Assembly: GCA_052390515.1 (NCBI GenBank)
Contig: JBQTGV010000165.1
Coordinates: 1-64,000 of the forward strand
DNA from: Candidatus Eiseniibacteriota bacterium
GTDB taxonomy: Bacteria; ARS69
Reading direction: 5' to 3'
Length of the DNA stretch: 64,000 nt
Shown one piece after another: positions 28,595 to 37,883 of the stretch. The position numbers were made by a program, and so were the translations under genes. Every line of letters begins with the position of its first letter. Position 1 is the stretch's first letter. The notes below the pieces were generated by a model. The model saw only the letters and a program-made list of their open reading frames with translations, did no database searches and was not told the origin of the DNA.

Positions 28595-29574
28595 GCGGTC
28601 GTCTCGCCGCGGCCGTCGTCGCCGTGTTCGCGGCGGGCGTGGCGGCGTTCGGCTGGGCGCGATGGTCGGCGCTGGACACGGCGCCGGATCCGCAGAGCGA
28701 TCTCGCCTTGCCGTCGCTCTTCTCGCCGCGTGAGCTCTCCACGCTGCAGATCCTCGCCGCGGACACCTCGACCGGCGTGCCCGTGCTCTGCTACCACTAC
28801 TTCCGACCGGGTTTCACCGCCGAACGGCTGGCGCGCGTGCTGGGCGCGGTCTTCTTCAATTTGCCGACGGTCCCCGACAAGGACTTCTGGACGACGACCG
28901 CGCCGTCGTTCGAGAGCCAGATGGCCTACCTCCACGCGAACGGCTACCGCACCATCGATCTGGATCAGCTCGTGGCGTGGCAGGCTGGACGCGGGACGAT
29001 CCCTGAGAAGAGCGTGGTGATCACCATCGACGACGGCGATCGTTCGGTGGTCGAGCACGCCGTCCCAGTGCTGCGACGCTACGGCTACCGGGCGACGCTG
29101 TTCCTCATCACCGGCCTCGCCGGGGAGAGCTCGTGGAACGATCTGGACCTCGTGGACTGGGAGACGCTCCGCGACCTCGAGCGCGAGGGCGTTCTGAGGG
29201 TGGAGAGCCACACCCACGGGATGCACTCCAAGGTTCGCCGGGGAGGCGACCAAGTACCGAGATTCCTCGTGGAGTGCCACGGGGCGGGGGGAGCACCGAC
29301 CCTCGATTCGCCCCTCGGGGAGGACCTGCGGCGGAGCCGCGAGGCCATCGCCCGGGAGCTCGGCCACGAGAGCCGCTTCCTCGCCTGGCCCTTCGGCTTC
29401 GGCTCGTCGGAGGTGGACTCCCTGGCGAACGCCGCGGGATTCGAGCGCGTGCTCACCCTGCGCCCGGCCAGGAACCCGGCACGCCCGGGCGGCTCGGTCG
29501 GCCGTTACGCGGTCACGGCGAGAACCTCGCCCGTTGCCTTCCGGACCATCGTGGACGGGCTGTCGCGGCGATGA
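28591..29574 (+). CDS. Polysaccharide deacetylase (CE4, PgaB/IcaB-like)
   Basis: PVLCYH, TIDDG, ESHTHGMH and AWPFG motifs; N-terminal hydrophobic anchor. Confidence 0.88.
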   Translation: MSGRLAAAVVAVFAAGVAAFGWARWSALDTAPDPQSDLALPSLFSPRELSTLQILAADTSTGVPVLCYHYFRPGFTAERLARVLGAVFFNLPTVPDKDFWTTTAPSFESQMAYLHANGYRTIDLDQLVAWQAGRGTIPEKSVVITIDDGDRSVVEHAVPVLRRYGYRATLFLITGLAGESSWNDLDLVDWETLRDLEREGVLRVESHTHGMHSKVRRGGDQVPRFLVECHGAGGAPTLDSPLGEDLRRSREAIARELGHESRFLAWPFGFGSSEVDSLANAAGFERVLTLRPARNPARPGGSVGRYAVTARTSPVAFRTIVDGLSRR

Positions 29575-29611
29575 GCCGCCGCGTAGATTGGACGGCCGGG
29601 AGGGTTACACC

Positions 29612-30121
29612 ATGGGGGAGATCTCTGCGCCTGCGGTGGCCGGACCTGTTCTCGCGCTGGGCAGCGAAGACCGGAGGGTCCGCGAGGCGGGCCGTGATGC
29701 GCTCGTGGCGGCGGGGGCGGCGGCGGTCCCGGGGTTGATCGAGTGCCTGCACGACGAGCGCGTGCGGGTGCGCTGGGAGGCGGCCAAGGCGCTCGTCGAC
29801 ATCGCCGATCCGAGCGCGGCCGGCGCCCTGGTCGAACGGCTGCAGGACGAGGACAGCGGCATCCGCTGGCTCGCAGCCGAGGGTCTGATCGCCATGGAGC
29901 ACCACGGCCTTCCCGCGCTGCTCGCCGCGCTGGAGCACTCCGGATCGCCCCGCCTGCGAGAGGGTGCGCACCACGTCATCCGCGGGCTGCCGATCTGGAA
30001 GCTCGTGCAGGCGCTCGGTCCCGTCGCCGACGCGCTGGAGCACGCCGCGGCCGAATCCACCGTGCCCGTGGCCGCGGGAACCGCACTCGACGCGCTGCGA
30101 AGGGAGCGGCTGGCGTCCTGA
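29612..30121 (+). CDS. HEAT-repeat protein
   Basis: Repeats of L.DE...VRW.AA.AL. Confidence 0.8.
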   Translation: MGEISAPAVAGPVLALGSEDRRVREAGRDALVAAGAAAVPGLIECLHDERVRVRWEAAKALVDIADPSAAGALVERLQDEDSGIRWLAAEGLIAMEHHGLPALLAALEHSGSPRLREGAHHVIRGLPIWKLVQALGPVADALEHAAAESTVPVAAGTALDALRRERLAS

Positions 30122-30363
30122 CTCAACGATCGCCGCTCCTCTCTCTCGACTGCTCAGGCCCCCGTGGCGGCCGGGCCGGCTCAGCCGCCTGGACCGCGGC
30201 CCCGGCCGGCTGGCGCCCCCCGAGCCGCGGAAAGGGCCGACGGGAGGCGCGCGCCGCGGCCCCAGGTTCCCCGTTGCATCCCGCCCGGGAACAGGAGAGA
30301 TTGATCGGCAAAGCGCGCCAGGTGCGTGAAAACACCCCTCGCAGGCCGTGCGGAGTGGCTTGA

Positions 30364-31023
30364 ATGGAAGTTCTGGCTCACGTCTTCGATTTCTTCCTGC
30401 ATCTCGACAAGCACCTCCTGGAGATCGTCGAGACGTACGGCACCCTGAGCTACGCGATCCTCTTCGCCGTCGTGTTCCTGGAGACGGGGTTCGTGATCAC
30501 GCCGTTCCTCCCTGGGGATTCCCTGCTCTTCGCGGCCGGGGCTCTCGCCGCGGCGGGGGCGCTCCAGATCGAGTGGGTGCTGGTGCTTCTCTGCATCGCC
30601 GCCGTGCTGGGCGACACAGTGAACTACTGGATCGGCCGGGCGGTCGGTCCCCGCGTCTTCACCGGGCGAAACCGCTTCTTCAAACGGGAGCACCTGATGC
30701 GGACGCAGCGCTTCTACGAGCGTCACGGCGGCAAAACGATCGTCCTGGCCCGCTTCCTGCCGATCATCCGCACCTTCGCGCCCTTCGTCGCGGGCGTGGC
30801 GCGCATGAACTACGCGCGCTTCTGGATGTACAACGCGGTCGGCGGCCTCGTGTGGGTGCTCGGCTTCGGCCTTCTCGGATACTTCTTCGGGAACATCCCT
30901 TTCGTGAAGGACAACTTCAGCGTGGTGATCCTCGCCATCGTGTTCCTCTCGGTCCTGCCCATCGCGATCGAGGTCTGGAAAGCGCGAGCCGGACAGCCGG
31001 CTCGGGAAGGAGATCTCGCATGA
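30364..31023 (+). CDS. dedA: DedA-family membrane protein
   Basis: FLETG...FLPGDSLLFAAG, GDTVNYWIG and ARFLPIIRTFAPFVAG motifs. Confidence 0.93.
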   Translation: MEVLAHVFDFFLHLDKHLLEIVETYGTLSYAILFAVVFLETGFVITPFLPGDSLLFAAGALAAAGALQIEWVLVLLCIAAVLGDTVNYWIGRAVGPRVFTGRNRFFKREHLMRTQRFYERHGGKTIVLARFLPIIRTFAPFVAGVARMNYARFWMYNAVGGLVWVLGFGLLGYFFGNIPFVKDNFSVVILAIVFLSVLPIAIEVWKARAGQPAREGDLA

Positions 31024-31439
31024 TCCCGCGAAGACTTCTCGGAACCGTCGCCGCGGCCGTGGCCTGCGCCGTCTGGTCGGCCGGCACGTCGGTGCTGGCG
31101 GCGGAGCCCGCGGCGCAGGAGGCCGCCGGAGCGCACGTCCCGACGCCCGACTACTGGTCCATGCTCTCCGTGCTCGCCCTGGCGACGTTCATCGGCCTGG
31201 GAGTCATCAGCCGCGTTTCCAGGCTGCTGCACACGCCGCTCATGTCGCTGACCAACGCCATCTCGGCGATCGCCGTGGTGGGCTCGATCATCGTGACCGG
31301 CAGCGACTACCCCCGCGAGATCCGCATCCTCGGCGCCATCGCGCTCTTCGCATCCATGACCAACATCGTCAGCGGGTTCCTGATCACCGATCGGATGCTG
31401 AAGATGTTCAAGCAGTCGCGTGACGGGGGGGCGCGGTGA
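31020..31439 (+). CDS. NAD(P) transhydrogenase alpha subunit, membrane part (PntA2)
   Basis: LHTPLMSLTNAISA and GFLITDRMLKMF motifs; N-terminal signal-like extension. Confidence 0.92.
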   Translation: MIPRRLLGTVAAAVACAVWSAGTSVLAAEPAAQEAAGAHVPTPDYWSMLSVLALATFIGLGVISRVSRLLHTPLMSLTNAISAIAVVGSIIVTGSDYPREIRILGAIALFASMTNIVSGFLITDRMLKMFKQSRDGGAR

Positions 31440-32839
31440 TGCACAATTTCGTGCAGTTCGTCTCCCTGGCGGCCATCGTCCTGTTCATCTTCTCGCTGCA
31501 CTGGATGAACATTCCCCGGACCGCACGCCGCGCGGTGTACGCGGGCTCCGTGGCCATGCTGCTCGCCGTGCTGGCCACCTGGATCCAGCCGGGGATCATC
31601 CACCACGGCTGGATCGTGCTCGCCATCATCGCCGGCTTCGCCGTCGGCATCCCGCTCTCCCGGGTACCGCTCACGGCGGTGCCGCAGCGGACCGCGCTGT
31701 CGCACGCGTTCGGCGGCTTGGCCGCGGGCTTGGTGGGCACGGCGAAATACTTCCTGTGGGCGAGCGAAGGCCCGCACGAACTGACGCCGTTCCGCATGAC
31801 CGCGATCGTGGCGGAGATCATCCTAGGCTATCTGACGTTTACCGGCAGCCTGATGGCCGCCGGAAAACTGCAGGAGCTCAAGTGGATCCCGCAGCGTCCG
31901 GTCACCTACCCGTTGCAGAACGTCAGCAACGTCGGCCTCCTGGTCGTGGCGGTGGCGCTGGGGATCTTCGTGATCGCGCAGCCCACCAGCCCGTTCGCGG
32001 CCCCGGCGTTCCTCACCATCATCGGGATGGCCCTGCTGTTCGGCGTGCTGCTCATCATACCCATCGGCGGCGCGGACATGCCCACGGTGATCGCCATCCT
32101 GAACGCGTACGCGGGCCTCTCCGCAGTGGCCATGGGCTTCGTGCTGGATAACAAGCTGCTGATCACCGCCGGCGCGCTCGACGGTTCGAGCGGCCTGATC
32201 CTCTCCATCGTCATGTGCCGGGCGATGAACCGCTCCTTCACGAACGTGCTCTTCGGAGCGTTCGGGCAGGTGAAGGCGTCCACCGGCGGCGAGCAGGGGC
32301 AGTACAAGTCGGAGACGATCGAGGGCGCGGCGCAGGTGCTGGAGCAGGCCAGCCTGGTCGTCGTGGTCCCCGGCTACGGCCTGGCCGTGGCGCAGGCCCA
32401 GCACCGCGTGCGCGAGCTGTACGACCAGCTCACCAAGCGCGGCATCACGGTGAAGTTCGCCATCCATCCGGTGGCCGGCCGCATGCCCGGGCACATGAAC
32501 GTGCTCCTGGCGGAGGCCGACGTGCCCTACGGGGACCTCGCCGAGATGGAGGAGATCAACCCGGACATGCCGCAGTGCGACGTCGCGCTGGTCATCGGCG
32601 CGAACGACGTGGTGAACCCGGCGGCGCGGCACGACCAGGGCAGCCCGATCTACGGCATGCCCATCATCAACGCGGACAAGGCGAGGACCGTCTTCGCCAT
32701 CAAGCGCAGCAAGAACCCGGGCTTCGCCGGGATCGACAACGAGCTGTACTTCCAGGACAAGACGTTCATGCTCTTCGGGGACGCGAAGGCGGTCGTCGGC
32801 GATCTCGTGAAGCAGCTCGCGCACGACAAGGCCGAGTAG
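31436..32839 (+). CDS. pntB: NAD(P) transhydrogenase beta subunit
   Basis: IGGADMP, CRAMNRS, PGYGLAVAQAQ, HPVAGRMPGHMNVLLAEA, GANDVVNPAA and LFGDAK motifs. Confidence 0.95.
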   Translation: MMHNFVQFVSLAAIVLFIFSLHWMNIPRTARRAVYAGSVAMLLAVLATWIQPGIIHHGWIVLAIIAGFAVGIPLSRVPLTAVPQRTALSHAFGGLAAGLVGTAKYFLWASEGPHELTPFRMTAIVAEIILGYLTFTGSLMAAGKLQELKWIPQRPVTYPLQNVSNVGLLVVAVALGIFVIAQPTSPFAAPAFLTIIGMALLFGVLLIIPIGGADMPTVIAILNAYAGLSAVAMGFVLDNKLLITAGALDGSSGLILSIVMCRAMNRSFTNVLFGAFGQVKASTGGEQGQYKSETIEGAAQVLEQASLVVVVPGYGLAVAQAQHRVRELYDQLTKRGITVKFAIHPVAGRMPGHMNVLLAEADVPYGDLAEMEEINPDMPQCDVALVIGANDVVNPAARHDQGSPIYGMPIINADKARTVFAIKRSKNPGFAGIDNELYFQDKTFMLFGDAKAVVGDLVKQLAHDKAE

Positions 32840-32854
32840 CGCCCGCGGTGCGCC

Positions 32855-34855
32855 GTGACTGATCCGACACCGCCGGTACCGCCGCCGGTCGAGCGCGGCC
32901 CCTCGCTGCCCGGGCGGCTGTGGCGCCTGCTGATCGGCGGCCCGCGCAGCCTGACCGACCGCGCGCTCTTCCATCGCCTCTCCCTGGTCCCGTTCCTGGC
33001 GTGGGTGGGACTGGGCGCGGACGGGTTGTCCTCCTCCGCGTACGGTCCGGAAGAAGCGTTCCGCACGCTCGGCGAGCACACCTACCTCGCCGTGGTGCTG
33101 GCCGCGTTCATGGCGATGACCGTATTCGTCATCTCCGCCGCGTACAGCCGGATCATCGAGGAGTTCCCGCACGGCGGCGGCGGGTACGTCGTGGCCACGA
33201 AGCTTCTGGGCTCCCGCACCGGCATCGTGTCGGGGTCCGCCCTGCTCGTCGACTACGTGCTGACCATCACGGTCTCCATCGCGGCGGCCGGCGACGCGAT
33301 GTTCAGCTTCCTGCCGCCGGACTGGGCGGCGGCGAAGCTGCCCGTGGAAGTCGCGGTGATAGCCGCCATGACCAGCCTCAACATCCGCGGCATCCGCGAG
33401 TCTGTTCTGAGCCTCGCCCCGGTGTTCCTTCTCTTCCTGGCCACGCACATCCTCGTCGTCGGCTGGGGAATCGTGAGCCACGGCCCCGAGCTGCCGGCCA
33501 CCGCCGCGGAGGTGTCGAACGGCTTCCGGGGCGGCCTCGCCACGGTCGGCGCGGGCGGTCTCCTGCTGCTGTTCCTGCACGCGTACTCGCTCGGCGGCGG
33601 GACGTACACCGGCATCGAGGCCGTGTCCAACGGGCTCACCATGATGCGCGAGCCTCGCGTCCAGACCGCGAAGCGCACCATGGCCTACATGGCCGTCTCC
33701 CTCGCGTTCATGGCCACGGGCCTGCTGCTGTGCTACCTGCTCTGGGACGTGCGCCACGTTCCCGGCAAGACCATGAACGCGGTGCTGGTGGAGAGCGTCG
33801 TCGGCGGCTGGCCGGGCGGCTGGCTCCTGGTGGTCGCCACACTCGTGTCCGAAGGCGCCATCCTGGTGGCGGCCGCCCAAGCGGGTTTCCTCGGCGGTCC
33901 GCGCGTGCTCGCCAACATGGCGGTGGACTCGTGGATGCCGCACCGTTTCGCCGCGCTCTCCGACCGGCTGACGACGCAGAACGGGCTCCTGCTCATGGGG
34001 GGCGCCTCCCTCGCGGCGCTCCTCTACACGCAGGGCGACGTCCGGCACATCGTCATCATGTACAGCATCAACGTGTTCCTGACGTTCTCGCTCTCCATGC
34101 TGGCCATGGCCGTGTCGCTGGTGAAGGGCGGCGCGCGGCGCAGGCACCGCAAGCGCCGGCTGGCGCTGTTCAGCGTGGGCTTCGTGCTCTGCGCGAGCAT
34201 CCTGGTCGTGACCGTCCTGGAGAAGTTCCTCGAGGGCGGTTGGGTCACGCTGGTGGTGACCGGTTCGCTGATCACCCTGTGCGTGATCATCCGCGGGCAC
34301 TACCGAGAGGTGGGGGAGGCGCTCTCCAAGCTCTTCCGTGAGCTCGAGCACCTGGCGCTCGGACCGCCGAAGGCCCCACCGCCGTTCCAGCCGATGGGGC
34401 CGACCGCGGCGGTGCTCGTCGGCTCCTACGGCGGGCTCGGCATTCACACCACGTTCAACATCTTCCGCGCGTTCCCGGACCACTTCGAGAACTTGGTGTT
34501 CCTGTCGGTCGGCGTGGTGGACTCGGGGGGATTCAAGGGTGAGGATGCGATCGAGCGGCTCCGGGAGGAGACCGAGTCGACCATGCAGAAGTACCTGGAG
34601 CTCGCGCGGCGCATGGGCGTGCCGGCCGTATCGCGAATCGCCATCGGTACCGACGCGGTGGAGGAGGCCGAGAAGCTGTGCCTCTCGGTCTACCGCGAGT
34701 TCGCGCGCACGACGTTCTTCGCCGGCAAGGTGATCTTCGGACGGGAGCGCTGGTACCAGCGACTGCTGCACAACGAGACGGCGCTGGCCGTGCAGCGGCG
34801 CTTGCAGTGGGCAGGCATCACCATGGTCATCCTGCCGGCCAGGGTGGAGGGATGA
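32855..34855 (+). CDS. APC-superfamily permease, KimA/YdaO-like (putative K+ transporter)
   Basis: ADGLSSSAYGPEE, FPHGGGGYVVA, LVDYVLT and TGIEAVSNG motifs; C-terminal soluble domain. Confidence 0.8.
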   Translation: MTDPTPPVPPPVERGPSLPGRLWRLLIGGPRSLTDRALFHRLSLVPFLAWVGLGADGLSSSAYGPEEAFRTLGEHTYLAVVLAAFMAMTVFVISAAYSRIIEEFPHGGGGYVVATKLLGSRTGIVSGSALLVDYVLTITVSIAAAGDAMFSFLPPDWAAAKLPVEVAVIAAMTSLNIRGIRESVLSLAPVFLLFLATHILVVGWGIVSHGPELPATAAEVSNGFRGGLATVGAGGLLLLFLHAYSLGGGTYTGIEAVSNGLTMMREPRVQTAKRTMAYMAVSLAFMATGLLLCYLLWDVRHVPGKTMNAVLVESVVGGWPGGWLLVVATLVSEGAILVAAAQAGFLGGPRVLANMAVDSWMPHRFAALSDRLTTQNGLLLMGGASLAALLYTQGDVRHIVIMYSINVFLTFSLSMLAMAVSLVKGGARRRHRKRRLALFSVGFVLCASILVVTVLEKFLEGGWVTLVVTGSLITLCVIIRGHYREVGEALSKLFRELEHLALGPPKAPPPFQPMGPTAAVLVGSYGGLGIHTTFNIFRAFPDHFENLVFLSVGVVDSGGFKGEDAIERLREETESTMQKYLELARRMGVPAVSRIAIGTDAVEEAEKLCLSVYREFARTTFFAGKVIFGRERWYQRLLHNETALAVQRRLQWAGITMVILPARVEG

Positions 34856-34907
34856 CGTTGCGCATCGAGCACGAGGAGCGGCGGCGGCCGAGCGCAAGGG
34901 CGAAACC

Positions 34908-36596
34908 GTGACACTCGCGCTCCTGGCCAGCGGGTTCCTGGCGCTGCTGGTCCTCGGGTACCGCTTCTACGGCCGCTGGGTCGCGAAGCAGCTCGAGCCG
35001 GACGACGCACGGGCGACGCCGGCCCACCGGCTCTCCGACGGTGTGGACTTCGTGCCCACGCGGCCGTTCTACCTCTTCGCCCAGCACTTCTCGGCGATCG
35101 CCGCGGCCGGTCCGATCGCCGGGCCGATCCTGGCGTGCCAGACCTTCGGGTGGCTGCCGTGCGCGCTGTGGGTGGGGATCGGCGTCGTGACCATCGGCGC
35201 GGTGCACGACTTCTCCTGCCTGATCGCCTCGGTCCGGCACGAGGGCCGCTCCATCGCCGAGATCGCCCGCGAGCATCTCGGTACGCGCGCAGGTCGCGCG
35301 ATGATGGTCTTCATCTGGATCGCCCTCGTGTACGTCATCGTCGCGTTCGCGGACATCACCGCGGCGAGCTTCGTGGTCGGCACCGAGGAGCTGGCCGGAA
35401 CGACCGGCTTCCACCCCGGAGGAGCGGTGGCCGCGGCGAGCGTGATGTATCTCCTGCTCGCGGCGTGCATGGGTCTCGTGCAGAGACTCTTCGCCCCGTC
35501 GCTGCGCGTGCTGACGCTCGTCTTCGTGCCGGCGACCTTCGCCGTGGCCTGGCTCGCCACGGGCGTCTCGTCGGTGCTGATCCTGGATCGGACGACCTGG
35601 GGTCTCTCGATCCTCGCATACTGCGCGCTGGCCTCGCTCGTGCCGGTGTGGGCGCTGCTGCAGCCGCGCGGGTATCTCGGCGGCTTCGTGCTCTTCTCCG
35701 CGCTCGCGCTGGGCGTGATCGGCGTGCTCTTCGGCGGCTACGAGATCCGCCAGCCGGCGTTCAAGAGCTGGGACGCCGGCGGCGCGACCGGCTCGCTCTT
35801 CCCGTTCCTCTTCGTGACGATCGCCTGCGGGGCATGCTCCGGGTTCCACGGGCTGGTCTGCTCGGGTACGACGTCCAAGCAGCTGGACCGCGAGTCGCAC
35901 GCGCGTCCCGTGGCCTACGGCGCGATGCTGGCCGAGGGATTCGTCGCGCTGGTGGCGCTCGTGACCGTGATGATCGCCGGGTCCGAGGAAGTGCGCGGCC
36001 TTGCGCCGGGGACGATCTACGGCAACGGCATCGGGCGCTTCCTCACGCTGCTGATCGGGGAGGACAAGCTGGCGTTCGCGGTGACGTTCGGGGCGATGGC
36101 CTTCTCCACGTTCGTCTTCGACACCCTGGACGTGTGCACGCGGCTCGGTCGCTACATCATGCAGGAGCTGTTCGGCTGGAAGGGCAGGCGCGGAGCCGTC
36201 CTCGGGACGCTGGTCACGATCAGCCTCCCCGCGTACTTCGTGCTGGCAGCCGAGGAAGGGCTGTGGGTCAAGTTCTGGACGCTGTTCGGGGCTTCGAACC
36301 AGCTGCTCGCTGCGCTGACGCTGCTGTCGATCACCATGTGGCTGCGACGGAGCCGGAGACGCTGGCTCTTCACCGCCGCGCCCATGGCGCTCGTGCTCGC
36401 CACCACCGTGACGGCTCTGGTGAGCCTCGCCGGCTCGAGCTTCCGGGCGGCCCAGGGAGGGGACGTCGCGCTGGTGAACGGCGTGGTGGCCGTCGTCCTG
36501 GTCGGCCTCGCCGCCTGGTTCTCGTGGGAGGCGGTTCGCTCGGCGCGCCCGGGTCGCGGTGGACCGGAGGGCGTTCGGAGCGCTCCGGCGCCCTGA
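34908..36596 (+). CDS. cstA: Carbon starvation protein A family transporter
   Basis: HFSAIAAAGPIAGP, GAVHDF, LQPRGY and TIACGACSGFH motifs. Confidence 0.92.
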   Translation: MTLALLASGFLALLVLGYRFYGRWVAKQLEPDDARATPAHRLSDGVDFVPTRPFYLFAQHFSAIAAAGPIAGPILACQTFGWLPCALWVGIGVVTIGAVHDFSCLIASVRHEGRSIAEIAREHLGTRAGRAMMVFIWIALVYVIVAFADITAASFVVGTEELAGTTGFHPGGAVAAASVMYLLLAACMGLVQRLFAPSLRVLTLVFVPATFAVAWLATGVSSVLILDRTTWGLSILAYCALASLVPVWALLQPRGYLGGFVLFSALALGVIGVLFGGYEIRQPAFKSWDAGGATGSLFPFLFVTIACGACSGFHGLVCSGTTSKQLDRESHARPVAYGAMLAEGFVALVALVTVMIAGSEEVRGLAPGTIYGNGIGRFLTLLIGEDKLAFAVTFGAMAFSTFVFDTLDVCTRLGRYIMQELFGWKGRRGAVLGTLVTISLPAYFVLAAEEGLWVKFWTLFGASNQLLAALTLLSITMWLRRSRRRWLFTAAPMALVLATTVTALVSLAGSSFRAAQGGDVALVNGVVAVVLVGLAAWFSWEAVRSARPGRGGPEGVRSAPAP

Positions 36597-36670
36597 CGGC
36601 GCGACGGCGCTTGCCAGGTCTCGTGGCGGAGTGCTACCTCTTCGGACCGGCGTTTCGCCAGGAGGTGGAG

Positions 36671-37882
36671 ATGACCCGGCGGCAGCTTCTCCTCGGCACG
36701 GCCTTCGCGGCGCTGCTGGCGCCGTTCGCGCAGCTGGGCTGCGGCACTTCCTCGACCGATGAGCTGCTCCTCGGAGAGTACGGTTCCCTGACGGGCAACG
36801 ACTCCAACTTCGGCCAGTCCACCAAGAACGGAGTCGAGATCGCGCTCCAGGACCTAGCCGCCAGGAGCGGCGGGACGATCGGCGGGCTGCCCGTGCGGGT
36901 CATCGTCGAGGACGATCAGGGCCGAGCGGAAGAGGCCGCCACCGTCGTGCAGAAGCTCGTGAACCAGGACCGCGTGGTGGCGGTGCTCGGAGAGGTCGCC
37001 TCCTCCAGAAGCCTGGCCGGCGCCCCGATCTGCCAGACCGGCGGGGTCCCCATGATCACGCCGTCCTCCACCAACCCGCAGGTCACCGCCGTCGGGGATT
37101 ACATCTTCCGCATGTGCTTCCTGGACGACTTCCAGGGACGCGTGATGGCGCGGTTCGCCGCCGAGAACCTCGGCATGCGCCGCGCGGCGATCCTCAAGGA
37201 CGTCAAGAACGACTACAGCATCGGGCTCTCTCGGTACTTCAGCGAGGCGTTCACGGCCCTGGGCGGTGCGATCGTCGTCGAGCAGGCCTACAGCGCCGGG
37301 GATCAGGACTTCCGCGCGCAGCTCACCGCCATCAAGGCGTCCGAGCCGGACATCCTGGTCGTGCCGGGCTACTACACCGAGGCCGGCCTCATCGCCCGGC
37401 AGGCGCGTGAGCTCGGTCTGGCCCAGCCGCTGCTGGGCGGAGACGGGTGGGAGAGCGAGCAGCTGATCGGCATCGGCGGCGAAGCCCTGGAGGGCTGCTA
37501 CTTCTCGAACCACTGGGCGATCGACCGTCCGGATCCGCGGCTGGAGGAGTTCCTGGCGAAGTACCGCGCCCGCTTCAAGGGGGATACCGATTCAATGGCC
37601 GGGCTCGCCTACGACGCCGCCGCGGTGCTCTTCGCCGCGCTGGAGAAGCTGGCGGCCGACGACGCGGCGAGCTTCGCCGCCCTCGGTTCCTCCCGGGCCG
37701 GCACCCCCGAGCGGCGGGCGGCCACGGCGAAACTGCGCGACCTCATCGCCGCCACGCGCGACTTCCCTGGCGTCTCCGGGACGATCACGCTGGACGCGAA
37801 CCGCAACGCATCCAAGCCCGCCGTCGTCATCGGCATCGAGGGCGGACGGAAGGTGTTCCGGGCGACGGTCGACCCCGCCTGA
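36671..37882 (+). CDS. livK: Branched-chain amino acid ABC transporter substrate-binding lipoprotein
   Basis: Lipobox-like QLG-C; GEVASSRSLA, PSSTNP and LGGDGW motifs; GGAGG RBS. Confidence 0.88.
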   Translation: MTRRQLLLGTAFAALLAPFAQLGCGTSSTDELLLGEYGSLTGNDSNFGQSTKNGVEIALQDLAARSGGTIGGLPVRVIVEDDQGRAEEAATVVQKLVNQDRVVAVLGEVASSRSLAGAPICQTGGVPMITPSSTNPQVTAVGDYIFRMCFLDDFQGRVMARFAAENLGMRRAAILKDVKNDYSIGLSRYFSEAFTALGGAIVVEQAYSAGDQDFRAQLTAIKASEPDILVVPGYYTEAGLIARQARELGLAQPLLGGDGWESEQLIGIGGEALEGCYFSNHWAIDRPDPRLEEFLAKYRARFKGDTDSMAGLAYDAAAVLFAALEKLAADDAASFAALGSSRAGTPERRAATAKLRDLIAATRDFPGVSGTITLDANRNASKPAVVIGIEGGRKVFRATVDPA

Positions 37883-37883
37883 C

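Noticed and set aside
30122-30363. c-di-AMP (ydaO) riboswitch upstream of the operon containing the KimA-like gene
   Set aside because: The conserved ydaO sequence blocks are not recognisable; only generic GC-rich hairpins are present.
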